The notes: a model not told the origin generated them from the letters alone. Shown: positions 1 through 10,999, numbered from the stretch's first letter. The stretch is DNA of 64,000 bases from a cyanobacterium endosymbiont of Rhopalodia gibba (GCA_045159875.1 CP067995.1:256001-320000), one strand, 5' to 3'. Program-made: numbers and translations.

Positions 1-265
1 AAACGCCTCCAGAGGCAGAAATATTACCAAAACTTGCTACTACTTTGACTTTTTTTCTTAATTTTTTGAGTGCCTCGTAAATCTCTTGGGAATCTGCTAC
101 CGTCCCCCCCGGGGAATCAATTCGGAGAAGTAAAGCGGGGAATTTTTTTTCTTTGACGATTTTTAAAGCTTTTAAAACATTTTTACGGGTTTCTGAGACA
201 ATAGCACCATTAACTTCAATACGGGCAATTTGTTTAGTTGGTCTAGGTTTAAACGGCCAAATCAT
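1..265 (-). CDS. sppA: Signal peptide peptidase SppA (S49, short cyanobacterial SppA2 type); 5' part only, runs off the window start
   Basis: Hand translation from ATG at 265: MIWPFKPRPTKQIARIEVNGAIVSETRKNVLKALK...LLLRIDSPGGTVADSQEIYEAL...VVASFGNISASGGV. Has the S49 motifs RIDSPGG and SASGG. Confidence 0.92.
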   Translation of the reverse strand, partial: MIWPFKPRPTKQIARIEVNGAIVSETRKNVLKALKIVKEKKFPALLLRIDSPGGTVADSQEIYEALKKLRKKVKVVASFGNISASGGV

Positions 266-307
266 AAGTGTTGTTTAATTGTTCAATAGATAAAGATGAA
301 AATCATG

Positions 308-490
308 GACTTTCTAGACTGAAGTATGATAGCAACCAAAAACTGAAAGTCTCTTATTCTGAGTGTATTCCTTAACTCCAGACGCTTAATTTTTATAAAA
401 ATTAAGTGTCTTAGATTTTGAAACCCTTGTAGAATAAGACTTTCAGTTTTTGACTTGATTGTAATGTCTTCATAGCTAGTTTAGAAAAGC
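308..490. repeat. Nested inverted-repeat element (MITE/REP-like), about 180 bp
   Basis: Outer arms ctttctagact (310-320) and agtttagaaaag (478-489). Inner arms aaaaactgaaagtc(tc)ttattct (338-360) and agaataagactttcagttttt (431-451). Central perfect 22-bp palindrome cttaatttttataaaaattaag (385-406). Confidence 0.7.
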
Positions 491-543
491 CAACATTATT
501 TTACCAAGTTCCTGATTGTAACATTTTTAATTGATGTTTTCCA

Positions 544-2025
544 TTAAGTCAATACTTTTAATTTTTGTAAACTGGAATCGCTACAGCCAATAACACTAGC
601 TCCTAGAGCTAACACTGTTTGTAAATATTCTAAGGTCTGAGCGGTGATTTTTTCCCCTGGCATTAAGATGGGAATTCCTGGAGGATAAGGACAAATTAAA
701 TCCCCACTAATTCTGCCAATACTACAGTTGAAATTAATCATTTCTGTTACAGCAAAAAAAGTTTCACGGGGGGAAAAGAGGGGATGAGAAGATTGGGGTA
801 TGGGGAGATTGGGAGATGAGGGTATGGGGAGATTGGGAGAAAAATAGGAGTTACTTAGGATTTGGAAAGCTGATATGAGTTTAGTGATATCATCTGTTGT
901 ATTACCCAGAGAAATAATAAATGCTAAATGACGTAACATGGGTAATTCTGCCGTTATTCCTAATTGTTGATGAAAAATTTCATCCACTTCAAAGCCACTT
1001 AATCCCAAGGCTGTAACATTCACTGTTAATCGCGTAGTATCTAAATAATGAAAACTGCCAAAAGGTTCTTTAAAATCTAAAATAGATAAACCTTGAATTT
1101 GACTTAATTGTTGCCTAGCTTTTTCAGAAAATTCAAGAGTTTTATCCAATAATTCTTTTCCATATAATGCCATTTGTTGTCTTGCTGCATCCAAAGATGC
1201 TAACAATAAATAACTCGGACTTGTGGACTCAATTAACTGTAAAGCACGACTAATTTTTTGGGGATCAATACGTGTACCTTGAAGATGTAACATAGCAGCC
1301 TGAGTCATCGCTCCTAACACCTTATGGGTCGATTGTACGGTTAAATCGGCTCCCATTGATAAAGCACAAGGCGGCAAGTCTTGATGAAAGGTAAAATGAC
1401 CCCCGTGAGCCTCATCGACCAGCAAAGGAATTCCCTGACGATGGGTTAGATCCGCGATCGATTTTATATCCCCACAAATACCATGGTAGGTGGGGTAAAC
1501 TATCATAACTGCCTTAACATCAGAATTTTCTTCTAACACCTGTTTTAAGGAATTTGGAGTAATGCTATAGGAAAGATCCCAAAGAGGATCATAGTAAGGA
1601 TTAAGAAAAATTGGAACCGCCCCCGACAGAATTAACCCCGCAATCGCTGATTGGTGAATATTACGGGGTAAAATAATCTTATCCCCTGGATTACAAGTAG
1701 CTAAAATTGCTGCAACAATACCACAAGTTGAACCATTCACTAAAAACCAGGTATTTTCTGCACCAAATGCCTCTGCTGCTAATTCCTGTGCTTTTTGAAT
1801 CACTCCTGATGGAGCAAACAAATTATCTAATTCGGGTAACTCTGGTAAGTCAGCAGTAAATACAGTTTTTCCTAGTAACTTTTCTAAGGATTGTGGTATT
1901 CCTTGCCCTTGTTTATGGCCAGGTGAATGAAAAGCTACATTTTTTTGAGCTATTGATGTTCTCAATGCACCAACGAGGGGCGTTTTAGATTGAGAGTTCA
2001 AAAATGTGTATTGCGATGGGATCAT
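544..2025 (-). CDS. PLP-dependent Orn/Lys/Arg decarboxylase (fold type I)
   Basis: 493-aa ORF with FHSPGHKQG, FLVNGSTCG, VDEAHG, PLP-lysine QSTHK, STSPSYLLLASLD and C-terminal CPYPPGIP. Confidence 0.93.
   Translation of the reverse strand: MIPSQYTFLNSQSKTPLVGALRTSIAQKNVAFHSPGHKQGQGIPQSLEKLLGKTVFTADLPELPELDNLFAPSGVIQKAQELAAEAFGAENTWFLVNGSTCGIVAAILATCNPGDKIILPRNIHQSAIAGLILSGAVPIFLNPYYDPLWDLSYSITPNSLKQVLEENSDVKAVMIVYPTYHGICGDIKSIADLTHRQGIPLLVDEAHGGHFTFHQDLPPCALSMGADLTVQSTHKVLGAMTQAAMLHLQGTRIDPQKISRALQLIESTSPSYLLLASLDAARQQMALYGKELLDKTLEFSEKARQQLSQIQGLSILDFKEPFGSFHYLDTTRLTVNVTALGLSGFEVDEIFHQQLGITAELPMLRHLAFIISLGNTTDDITKLISAFQILSNSYFSPNLPIPSSPNLPIPQSSHPLFSPRETFFAVTEMINFNCSIGRISGDLICPYPPGIPILMPGEKITAQTLEYLQTVLALGASVIGCSDSSLQKLKVLT
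781..840. repeat. STRR-like tandem repeat in frame inside the decarboxylase gene
   Basis: gggtatggggagattgggaga occurs twice plus a degenerate unit; it encodes the low-complexity linker SPNLPIPSSPNLPIPQSSHPL. Confidence 0.7.
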
Positions 2026-2572
2026 CGGTTATGGAGCATCCGTTTATAATATTGACGTGTCTGGTAATTGATAGGGAGCATTTGGTCGTGCCCAAGGTTA
2101 AATTCGGATTTGATATAGTAATCAATCGTCCCTCTAAATAATATTCCTAAAAACTTTATAGTCCCTAACAATTAACTACTTGGCGTTGTATCAAACATAA
2201 CAGGGTGATCGCTGTCGAAGTAGAAGATATCAAAGTAATTGTCAGGAATAATCAAGGAATAGGATTTTGACCACATTTCTGTTACAAGCAACCAAGGACA
2301 AGGAACAAATGACAACTTTCATAAATCAATTGAGAAACTAATCCTTTTTAGCAATAGGAAATTGCTCCGGATTTGCAGATGGCGTTAGACTGGATATTAT
2401 TAAGTGACTAGTCTCACTAATAAAAAAATTGCTCAAGAAAGCCATAGAACTACTCACGAAGGTAGAGCATTGGGGAAAGCAGCAAATCTTATAATAGTTG
2501 ACTTTATACCTTTAGCATGAATACCTTTGGCGTAGCGGTCTTTGCCCTAAAGTTTCGCAAACGGAGAAGATT

Positions 2573-3607
2573 ATGCGGACAGTTGATAAACAGTCAGGAA
2601 CTCCCGAAGTCATGGATATAACGAAACATGGCTTACCGGTTACTATTATTACAGGATTTCTCGGTAGTGGAAAAACAACTCTTCTTAACTATATTCTTAC
2701 TAATCAAGAAGGATTAAAAACTGCAGTTCTTGTCAATGAATTTGGCGAAATTGGCATTGACAATGAACTTATTGTTACTACTGAAGATAATATGGTAGAG
2801 CTGAATAATGGTTGTATTTGTTGTACTATCAATGAAGATCTAGTTCAAGCAGTTTATAAAGTTTTAGAACGTCCTGAAAAAGTTGATTATTTGATCGTTG
2901 AAACTACTGGAATAGCTGATCCTTTACCAGTTGCTCTAACATTTTTAGGTACAGAATTAAGAGATATGACCCTCTTAGACTCTATTATTACAATGGTAGA
3001 TTGTTCTAATTTTAGTTTAGATTTATTCAATTCTCAAGCTGCCTATAGTCAAATTGCTTACGGAGATATTATTATTCTCAATAAGACAGATCTGGTGGAC
3101 AAATCAGACGTAGATTCTTTAGAAATTCGGATTCGAGATATTAAAGAAGCGGCCAGAATTGTACGCACTCAACAGTCTGAAGTCCCCTTACCTTTGATTT
3201 TAAGTGTGGGTTTATTTGATTCTAGTAAATATTTTGCTTCTAAAGAAGCAAAAAAAAATCACAAACACGAAAACAAACATCACCACCATGATCATTCTAA
3301 CCATTTAGACAATGATGGATTTATATCTATTTCTTTTGAAAGTGATAAACCTTTTTCAGTTCGTAAATTTCAGGACTTTCTAGACAATCAACTACCTGAG
3401 AATGTCTTTCGTGCTAAAGGTATTTTGTGGTTTGATGAAAGTCCCAAACGTCACATTTTTCACCTTAGTGGTAAACGGTTTACCTTAGAAGATGATGAAT
3501 GGAAAGGAGAGCCCAAAAATCAAATCGTATTAATTGGTCAAAATATTGACAGCCAAATATTGTATGAACAGATAGAAAACTGTATTTCTCCTTCTTTTAA
3601 TAATTGA
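2573..3607 (+). CDS. COG0523/CobW-family G3E metallochaperone GTPase
   Basis: GFLGSGKTT Walker A, VNEFGE, GCICC metal motif, VETTG, NKTD, a His-rich insert and a CobW_C-like C-terminus (FRAKG). Confidence 0.93.
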   Translation: MRTVDKQSGTPEVMDITKHGLPVTIITGFLGSGKTTLLNYILTNQEGLKTAVLVNEFGEIGIDNELIVTTEDNMVELNNGCICCTINEDLVQAVYKVLERPEKVDYLIVETTGIADPLPVALTFLGTELRDMTLLDSIITMVDCSNFSLDLFNSQAAYSQIAYGDIIILNKTDLVDKSDVDSLEIRIRDIKEAARIVRTQQSEVPLPLILSVGLFDSSKYFASKEAKKNHKHENKHHHHDHSNHLDNDGFISISFESDKPFSVRKFQDFLDNQLPENVFRAKGILWFDESPKRHIFHLSGKRFTLEDDEWKGEPKNQIVLIGQNIDSQILYEQIENCISPSFNN

Positions 3608-4056
3608 GCCAAAGAGTTTAGTCGCTAGAGTAATTTTACGAACAGTCTCTTAAATTAAATTTAAGGTAAGTTTACGAGTGGTGATTGCATATTTCATCAC
3701 TCTCTTGCTAGAGCCTGTATTATATTTGTAGCAAAATCGATGATTAATTTATTAGTCACAAGTATCATCAAAGATTGTTGCCACTTTTGAGAGATTGTTA
3801 AGAATAGATATTACTAATATTGGAACCAGTATCGGCTACTTAAAAATGAAAGTCCCTCGCCTGTCTCAAGAACAAAACTTCCTAATTCGTCTGTACTTGA
3901 ATTATTTTCTCAAACTAGTCCCTAAGTCTTGGAAGGGAAAATTATAGGATAGAGTGATCCTATATTTAAATGTCTTTCTATTTTGGTAATCGAATTAAAA
4001 GAAAGAGTCATGGATTTAAAGAAATGTATAACACGATTGAAAACTAGGATGAGAAT

Positions 4057-4368
4057 TTGAAGTTTTTTTCATCCTCCATTGCTTCAACCCAATGTTCTTG
4101 CAGATCGATCAATGTTATAAAAAAAGAAGCCTATCAATCAATCCAAGAAAGATCGCTTCATCGTCAACAACCAATTTATAATCTATGTAACTATATTGTA
4201 GTCTGTAGATGGACAGAAGTGGAATGTGAGTTAGAAGAGCATGATTATTTACTTCGAAATCGATGCATATATTTACCTGGCAAAAGGTTTATATATTTGA
4301 TTTATCTTGAGCTGAGGAGGTGGTTATCTCGGTTATGGAACAATTTTAAGAAAATTAATGGATATTAA
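4057..4368 (+). pseudogene. Degenerate DUF4327-family cyanobacterial protein
   Basis: SINVIKKEAYQSIQERSLHRQQPIYNLCNYI...WTEVECELEEHDYLLRNR resembles the family pattern (SI.VI..EA..LV..G...RQQPIY.LC.YIP..EW..VE.ELE..DFLLRD.I). Start is TTG and the C-terminus reads on aberrantly. Confidence 0.55.
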
Positions 4369-4778
4369 TGAGGATTTACGCCTATCAAAAGCAGGGATAA
4401 CTTATCGCGTCAATATTTTTTCTTTAGTTATGGACGCTCTTTATGAAGAATCTTTTGGAAAACAACAATGGGTTAGTTAATTGAGAAGAGACTATTGGGC
4501 GTGTTCAAGAAGTACATGTCAAAGACTTTACAGAACTTATTATGTAAAATTAACCAGTGAAATACCAAATCAAAAAATTTGAGAGTTAAAGATTGACAAA
4601 ATTTCTAAATCCATGATCCATAAGCTCTCCTTTTAATCAATTTTAATTTATTATTGATACTTTCTCCTATTCTTTGTTTCGTTCTTTAGAGAAAATAGAC
4701 GATAATTTCTCAGCTCTAATACTTAGTTTTCCACAGCTGGGGAAAATAAACACGCTTTTTGACTCCACTCAACTAATT

Positions 4779-6464
4779 TTAATTAATATCTAAGTTGTCC
4801 AATCTATACTGTTTAATAAACTTACGCAATCCTTCTGTAGAATCTCCCGAAATTAAATGAGCAGGAAAGGTTTGTTTTTGACTGATATAGTTAATATAAG
4901 AGGATTGAAGATAAGGTTTGTAATCTTGATTATTGACAATATAGATTTCAAAAAAGGCTAACATCGTTGCATTAGTATAATTATCAAGTAAAACTGGACT
5001 TGGTAAAGTTAAATCAGGAAGAGTCTTAATTATATCTGTTAACCCTGCATCCAGTTGAGAAAAATCAATATGAGCTTGACCTTCTTGCAATAAAAGATAG
5101 CGATTTTTAGTTGTTAACCAGGGAAAAGATCGAGCCTGTTCAAATACAAAAGGCGTAGCTGGATCGTAATTTCCAGCACCAATAAAAGTTGGAATTATAA
5201 TATTATTTAATCCTTGTTCTCCAAAAATACTAGCATTAACGGGATTAATTGCATAAACTGCTTGTATTCGTTTATCTCGAAAATTGTAATCTTTCCGCTC
5301 TAATTTTAAAGCTCGACATTGAAGTAATAACGCTGTATTTAACTTACCCAATTCTATATTACAATCTTTTTTAAGTCCTTTGAAATCTATGGTTGCTCCC
5401 GCTAAAGCTAAGACGGTATAACCGCCAAAAGAATGACCGAAAACTCCTACATTTTCTATGTTTAGTTTTCCGCCAAACTCAGTAATATTACGCCGTTCTA
5501 ATTCATCTAAAGTCTGACTAATATCTAGGGGACGGTTTAAAAATTCATCAAGATAAAATATTTCTCCAGTATAACCGTCTAACAAGTCTTGAAGATGTTG
5601 AATATCACTCCCTGGATGTTGGGGAAGGGCGACCACGTAACCATAAGACGCTAAATGTTCAGCCCGTTTAGCAAAATCTTTGGGACTAGAACTTAACCCA
5701 TGAGAAATAATCACTACGGGGGTTTTACCCTCACGTTCTGTTTGGGGTCGATAGACATCAACATAAAATTTTTGTCCTCCCCATTGTATATTACGTCTTT
5801 TATTTCGCAAAATCCAACGTTTAGGTTTTTCTACTTCGAAAGGGCCTGGTTCTCGTATATCAATCAATTGGAAAAAATTGATAGGCGCAGTGTTTTGGGC
5901 TTCAATTTCTGACAAGTTAACTACCGCTTCACTAAATAAATAAGTATCCTGAACAATTACCTCAATTTGTCGAGATAAACGTAAGGTTTTTTTGATATCA
6001 ATTTGCATATTAACGGGGAGTTTTTTTAGAACATTAATTAAGCTTAATCCTTCAGGCTCAAAAGCTGCTTGGACTAATGAACCTCTCAGAGGATATTTAC
6101 CATTACGCCCTCCTTGAATGTTAATAACGTCTCCAAAATAATCCATGAGACGTTCCCCTTCATCGGTGCGGAGAAAGCGAGACAATAATACGGGATTAAC
6201 CTCTACTGGAGTCATTAGTGCCTCCCGAAATAAAACTTTTTTTTCTTCTGTAGCCCCGACAACATCTAAATAGAATGCCAAGTTCTTATCTATTTTTCCT
6301 TCTTTAGCAAATTTTTCTAAGGATTTAACCCTCACTGAGAGATTAATGGCATTATATAGTAAATATATCGTCTCGGCTCCATGAACAGAAGCTGCGAGAG
6401 TAAAAGTTACTGTGCTAAATACACTCAATAACCAAGGAACAAAGAAAATGTAAGAAAATCTCAT
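4779..6464 (-). CDS. DUF1400-domain alpha/beta hydrolase
   Basis: Signal-like N-terminus and AETIYLLY (DUF1400 start); ISHGLSS; nucleophile elbow GHSFGG. Confidence 0.88.
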   Translation of the reverse strand: MRFSYIFFVPWLLSVFSTVTFTLAASVHGAETIYLLYNAINLSVRVKSLEKFAKEGKIDKNLAFYLDVVGATEEKKVLFREALMTPVEVNPVLLSRFLRTDEGERLMDYFGDVINIQGGRNGKYPLRGSLVQAAFEPEGLSLINVLKKLPVNMQIDIKKTLRLSRQIEVIVQDTYLFSEAVVNLSEIEAQNTAPINFFQLIDIREPGPFEVEKPKRWILRNKRRNIQWGGQKFYVDVYRPQTEREGKTPVVIISHGLSSSPKDFAKRAEHLASYGYVVALPQHPGSDIQHLQDLLDGYTGEIFYLDEFLNRPLDISQTLDELERRNITEFGGKLNIENVGVFGHSFGGYTVLALAGATIDFKGLKKDCNIELGKLNTALLLQCRALKLERKDYNFRDKRIQAVYAINPVNASIFGEQGLNNIIIPTFIGAGNYDPATPFVFEQARSFPWLTTKNRYLLLQEGQAHIDFSQLDAGLTDIIKTLPDLTLPSPVLLDNYTNATMLAFFEIYIVNNQDYKPYLQSSYINYISQKQTFPAHLISGDSTEGLRKFIKQYRLDNLDIN

Positions 6465-7009
6465 CTGAAAGAATGTATAAATAATTTTATATTCATAGAT
6501 TTTATAATAAATTACTCTTATTCACAGATATCTCAGTTGATGTTTTTAATTCAATTTAAATTTGTTGTTCTATCTATTTTATTTTTTTCAAAGTAGTATT
6601 TGTACTAAGTTAAATATTTTTTAAAAAAATTAGGAATATATGAATTAATAAACATGGGACTAAGAGTAGACTATGATTTTACAACTACTCAACTTTTTAA
6701 TCTTCTAACTCTTAATAAAGATATTGTTGAACCAAATATCTCACAGTTCGTATTTAATTCTTCAAGGATAATATTAACCATATAGTTTGGAATTATCTTG
6801 CTCACTTCATGTTCTTGCAATAGAGTATTAACTTCTTAAGTTCCTGTGCTATAAGTAGATATGAGAACCAAGATATTCTCCCAATTTTTTGAAAATGTCA
6901 TCGAATGTTTGCGAAGAAATATATGTAAGGATTAGTTTTTATTCTAAGTAAAACCTTAATTTAATTCAAATGAAAGAATAATTATTTATTGTCTGAATTT
7001 TAAGTTAAG

Positions 7010-7837
7010 TTAAGTTAATTTAATTTTATTATATTGTTTAATAACTAAACTGAGTAAATAAGTAATCCCAGATATTAGAATAATAGTTGCCCCAGAAGTT
7101 AAGTTAAAGTAATAAGATAAACCCAATCCCAGGGTGGTAAAAAATCCTCCTAGGATAATCGCAACTATCATTATTTGTTTAAGATCTTGCAGAAATTGCT
7201 CTGCAATTGCTGCCGGAATTGTTAATAATGCAATTACCATAATCAATCCGACAATCTGCATCACCATTACCACAGTTAAAGCAATCATGGCAACTAATAT
7301 CAGATAAAGAGTATCCGCAGGAATATCACGAGTTAATGCAAAAACACGATCAAAAGAAATAGCTAATAATTCCTTGTAAAACATTGTTACTATCAAGATA
7401 ATAATAGTATTTAGACCTACTACTATCAATAGATTTGCTTTGGATACTGTTAGAATACTCCCAAATAAGTAACTCATTAAATCTGCTTTATACCCTGGGG
7501 TTAAATCCACTAAAATAATCCCAATCGCCATACCAACTGCCCACATGACACCAATCAAAGTATCCGCCCTTTGTTCAGTTTTTTGGGCTATCCATCCCAT
7601 TCCTAAAGCTGCCATCAACGCAAAAATAATCGCCCCGACAATAGGATTAAAGCCATAAAAATAACCCAACCCAATACCACCATAGGCTGCGTGGGCAATT
7701 CCTCCACTGATAAATACAATACGGTTGACAACCACAAATGTACCGACGATACCACAAGCAATACTAACTAATACCCCTACTAAAAGAGCATTCCGCATGA
7801 ATTCAAATTGAAATAATTCAAAAATACTTTCAATCAT
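7010..7837 (-). CDS. znuB: Zn ABC transporter permease
   Basis: ABC-3 permease motifs (GGIAHAAYGG, DLMSYLFGSIL, ALLTIPAA). Probable start is ATG 7837, overlapping the znuC stop, rather than 7894. Confidence 0.9.
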   Translation of the reverse strand: MIESIFELFQFEFMRNALLVGVLVSIACGIVGTFVVVNRIVFISGGIAHAAYGGIGLGYFYGFNPIVGAIIFALMAALGMGWIAQKTEQRADTLIGVMWAVGMAIGIILVDLTPGYKADLMSYLFGSILTVSKANLLIVVGLNTIIILIVTMFYKELLAISFDRVFALTRDIPADTLYLILVAMIALTVVMVMQIVGLIMVIALLTIPAAIAEQFLQDLKQIMIVAIILGGFFTTLGLGLSYYFNLTSGATIILISGITYLLSLVIKQYNKIKLT

Positions 7838-8606
7838 TAATGTAAAGGGAGTAAGAATGTTGAGAAAGAATCTGATGGGGGACTCTATGGGCAATTAAAT
7901 CAATAGGACATTGATAAGTCCGTTCAATAATATCACTGGTGAGCTGGTTCTCTCTGTGATAGAGTAAACGGCGGTTGAGAGAGCCTATAGTTTTAACGTA
8001 TGTTGAAATTTCTTCTATATCATGGGATATCATCAAAATTGTGATGTATTGATTAATCTCTTTCAGTAACTTATAAATACTGCTTTTTATTTTGTAATCA
8101 ACACTTGCCGTAGGTTCATCCAACAACAAAATACGAGGTTCTGAAGCTAAAGCGCGGGCAATATAAACACGTTGACGTTGACCTCCCGATAGTTGGCCAA
8201 TGGGACGATTGCGCAATTCGACTATTCCTACTTTTTCTAAACTATGATTAACAATGGCTTCGTCTTTAGCATTGTATCTGTGTAATAGACGACGTTTTCC
8301 TAACCTTCCCATCCTGACGACATCAGCAACCCTGACGGGAAACTCTCGATCAAATTCTAAGACTTGAGGAACATAACCTATATATTGTCGTCCCAAGCCG
8401 ACTCGCTTTCCCATGATTCTAACATTTCCTTGGTAAGGAGAAATTAATCCTAATATTAGTTTTAATAAGGTTGTCTTTCCTCCTCCATTTGGACCAATTA
8501 ACCCGATAAAATCTCCTTCGTAAACCGTAAAATTAATATCCTCTAAGACAGAAGTTTGATTATATTTGACCCAGACATGATTCAGACTAATAACTTCAGT
8601 AGACAT
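7830..8606 (-). CDS. znuC: Zn ABC transporter ATP-binding subunit
   Basis: GPNGGGKTT, LSGGQRQR, LLLDEPT, ISHD; lies between the binding protein and the permease. Confidence 0.92.
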   Translation of the reverse strand: MSTEVISLNHVWVKYNQTSVLEDINFTVYEGDFIGLIGPNGGGKTTLLKLILGLISPYQGNVRIMGKRVGLGRQYIGYVPQVLEFDREFPVRVADVVRMGRLGKRRLLHRYNAKDEAIVNHSLEKVGIVELRNRPIGQLSGGQRQRVYIARALASEPRILLLDEPTASVDYKIKSSIYKLLKEINQYITILMISHDIEEISTYVKTIGSLNRRLLYHRENQLTSDIIERTYQCPIDLIAHRVPHQILSQHSYSLYIND

Positions 8607-8637
8607 AAAGTCAAATTGGTGGTAGTGCTTTATAAAT

Positions 8638-9555
8638 TTAATCTAAAACATTAGAAAGAATTTCAGAAACTTTTAGTAAATTTTCTGACCAATTAGCTTC
8701 TAAGGGACTAATTAATAAAACTTCTCCATTGATTTCCTTGGCAATAATTGTAGCAGGATTAGTATTTAATTCTGGCTGAGCAAAAATAATTTTTATTTTT
8801 TCTTCTTTAGCTTCTTTGACTAATTTTCCTAACTCTGCAGGACTTGGTCCTTGACCTCCTACTTCTACAGGTATTTGAGTCAAGTTATACTCATTAGCAA
8901 AGTAACCCCAGGCCGGATGAAATACGACAAACTTTCTATTTTCTATTTGGCTAAGATTTTCTTTTATTTTACTACCTAACTGCTCAATTTCTTGTAGAAA
9001 TATTTCTAAATTTTCTAAATACTCTACCTGATAATTAGGATCAAGCCTGGTTAATCCTTGATAAATATTTTGAGCCTGAATCTTGGCTAATGTTGGAGAT
9101 AGCCAAATATGGGGATCTAGGGTTTCTGTCGCGCTTTTTGATTTTGATTTATCATGGTGATATTCATGGTGATGATGGTTTATCATAGGGAGGCGTTCTA
9201 TTCCTTTAGCTGAGTCGATAATTTGCAATTGAGTATTCGCCCCTGAAATCTTATCTATCCACGCTCTTTCAAATGGGATACCGATAGTAATGTAAGCTTT
9301 AGCATGACTCAAAGCTTGTAATTGTTCGGGTTTTGGTTCATAGTTATGGAAGTCGGCCCCAGGTCTTACCATAACATTAATCTTGACGCGATCACCTCCA
9401 ATTTTACTGACAAAATATTTCTGGGGAACAATACTTACAGTAATATTTAAAATTTCTTTAGTCTTGCTTTGAGTCCCTAATGGGTTACTACATCCGGTCA
9501 TTGTAACAACGTTCAACACCAGGGTCATCCAGATAGCCGAAACCTGCAAATTCAT
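8638..9555 (-). CDS. znuA: Zn ABC transporter substrate-binding lipoprotein (cluster A-I)
   Basis: Lipobox MTGC, DFHNYEPKP, His-rich loop HHHHEYHH, DPHIWLSP, FHPAWGYF. Confidence 0.92.
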   Translation of the reverse strand: MNLQVSAIWMTLVLNVVTMTGCSNPLGTQSKTKEILNITVSIVPQKYFVSKIGGDRVKINVMVRPGADFHNYEPKPEQLQALSHAKAYITIGIPFERAWIDKISGANTQLQIIDSAKGIERLPMINHHHHEYHHDKSKSKSATETLDPHIWLSPTLAKIQAQNIYQGLTRLDPNYQVEYLENLEIFLQEIEQLGSKIKENLSQIENRKFVVFHPAWGYFANEYNLTQIPVEVGGQGPSPAELGKLVKEAKEEKIKIIFAQPELNTNPATIIAKEINGEVLLISPLEANWSENLLKVSEILSNVLD

Positions 9556-10504
9556 TTAAGATTATGACCTTTATAATAAGAGTAACAACAAGCATAATTA
9601 TATTTTATATAACTTGAGAAGCATTTAAATACTTCACTAGATGCTGTATCTATAAAAGACAATGTAGCTGTCAACCTGGAACAATATTTATTAACCATAT
9701 CATTTTTTTGTTCTAACTTATATTCCCCACTATTTTTAAAATTTTTTCTTTTTTTACAAGAAAAAAAATTATCATTTTAAATTGTCTATATTAGATGATA
9801 TTTTTTTGTAAAGGTCAAGAGATACAGTGCTACTTAAACTAGTGTCTTTCTTTAAAGAATGATTTACTTAAAAAGACTACAACTTCTCAATTGTTTTTAT
9901 TCTAAAAATAGAGAAATAATTTTTACAATATTTACTTCAAATCACGAAGAGTAGTTATGCAAACTTTATTTGTCAAACCAAATTAGTAGGATAGAATTAA
10001 TTAGAGCTATTTTAAGTAAAAAAAACTAAGAATTAAAAAATAATAGATTTTGGCAATCTATAAGTTTTTTTTATTAACTTTAATTTAAGAATAAAATATT
10101 AAACCGGTTTTTAATCTGTTCCTCGACTATTATAAATAATAATTTCTTTAATCAGAGGTCTAATTATTCAATTTCACTATTTTTAAGTCAAATGGATTAA
10201 GTAATACTAAATAGTGCTGAGACCCAGTCTTATTTTTTATTTAAAATTTTTAATTTTTTTAAAAAATTGTTTCTTTAGAAAACTAGTGATGTTTTATACA
10301 CCTAATTTAGTTTTATTTTTTATTTTAATCTTCTTTATTTTTAGGTAAGAGATATTTTCTCTTATTCAACTATGATATTTTTTGTCTGACTAGTACTTTT
10401 GAGTCACTTATAGTCTCGTTCAAGTTTATTTGCTCATCTAATGGAGTATGAACTTGTTTTATACTATATCTGATAGCCATATCCTTTTCAAAAATTAGAG
10501 GGAG

Positions 10505-10865
10505 TTTAACTAATGCTCATCTACTAATATCCATAACCTTTATACTGGCTCTAATTCTTGAGAGTAAGCTGGCAAATATTTTCTTGATAGCCCTACATCT
10601 TTATCTCAATGTTCATAAACTAAATTCAGCAATCTTCTATTTATTCTTAGACTTCAACTTTATCAGTTTTTTACCGTTAGTCAGTTGACAAATATATAGA
10701 CACATAACCTTTATGGATCTGGCTTTTCATCACAGTTAATCTTTACCCAATGGAACTTTAAACTTTTATTTTAATTTGCTTTAAAACCACTCTAAGTTCA
10801 CCAAAAACTATGTACTTAATTTTAGCTTTTAAATATTTTTTATATATTTTAACTTCTTTTGGGTT
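10505..10865 (-). mobile_element. Fossil IS630-family transposase, DDE-domain fragment
   Basis: Hand translation VFGELRVVLKQIKIKV*SSIG*R...LCVYIFVN...LLNLVYEH*DKDVGLSRKYLPAYSQELEPV*RLWILVDEH aligns with remembered cyanobacterial IS630 motifs FDEHRVGLKPI.RKVWSPIGERP, WLYVYGFV, LNLV...FAKDVGL and YLPAYSPELQPAERLW.LVDEPL. Has stops and an internal deletion. Confidence 0.75.
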
Positions 10866-10999
10866 AAAACCTATAAATTTCTATATTCTATTTCTAGAAT
10901 TGAATAAGATTATCCAAACTTTTTAAAGTTATTTAATTCTAATTTTTTTAAAAAATATTTTTTCTACTCAACAAACTATTTTAGGTTCTGTGCATATTT

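Noticed and set aside
6500..6960. Possible Fur/Zur-family remnant next to znuB
   Set aside because: Only scattered Cys/His residues; no collinear motif match could be built.
9560..9810. Zur box upstream of znuA
   Set aside because: Only half-site-like strings (aattatca, tgagaag) in very AT-rich DNA; not distinguishable from chance.
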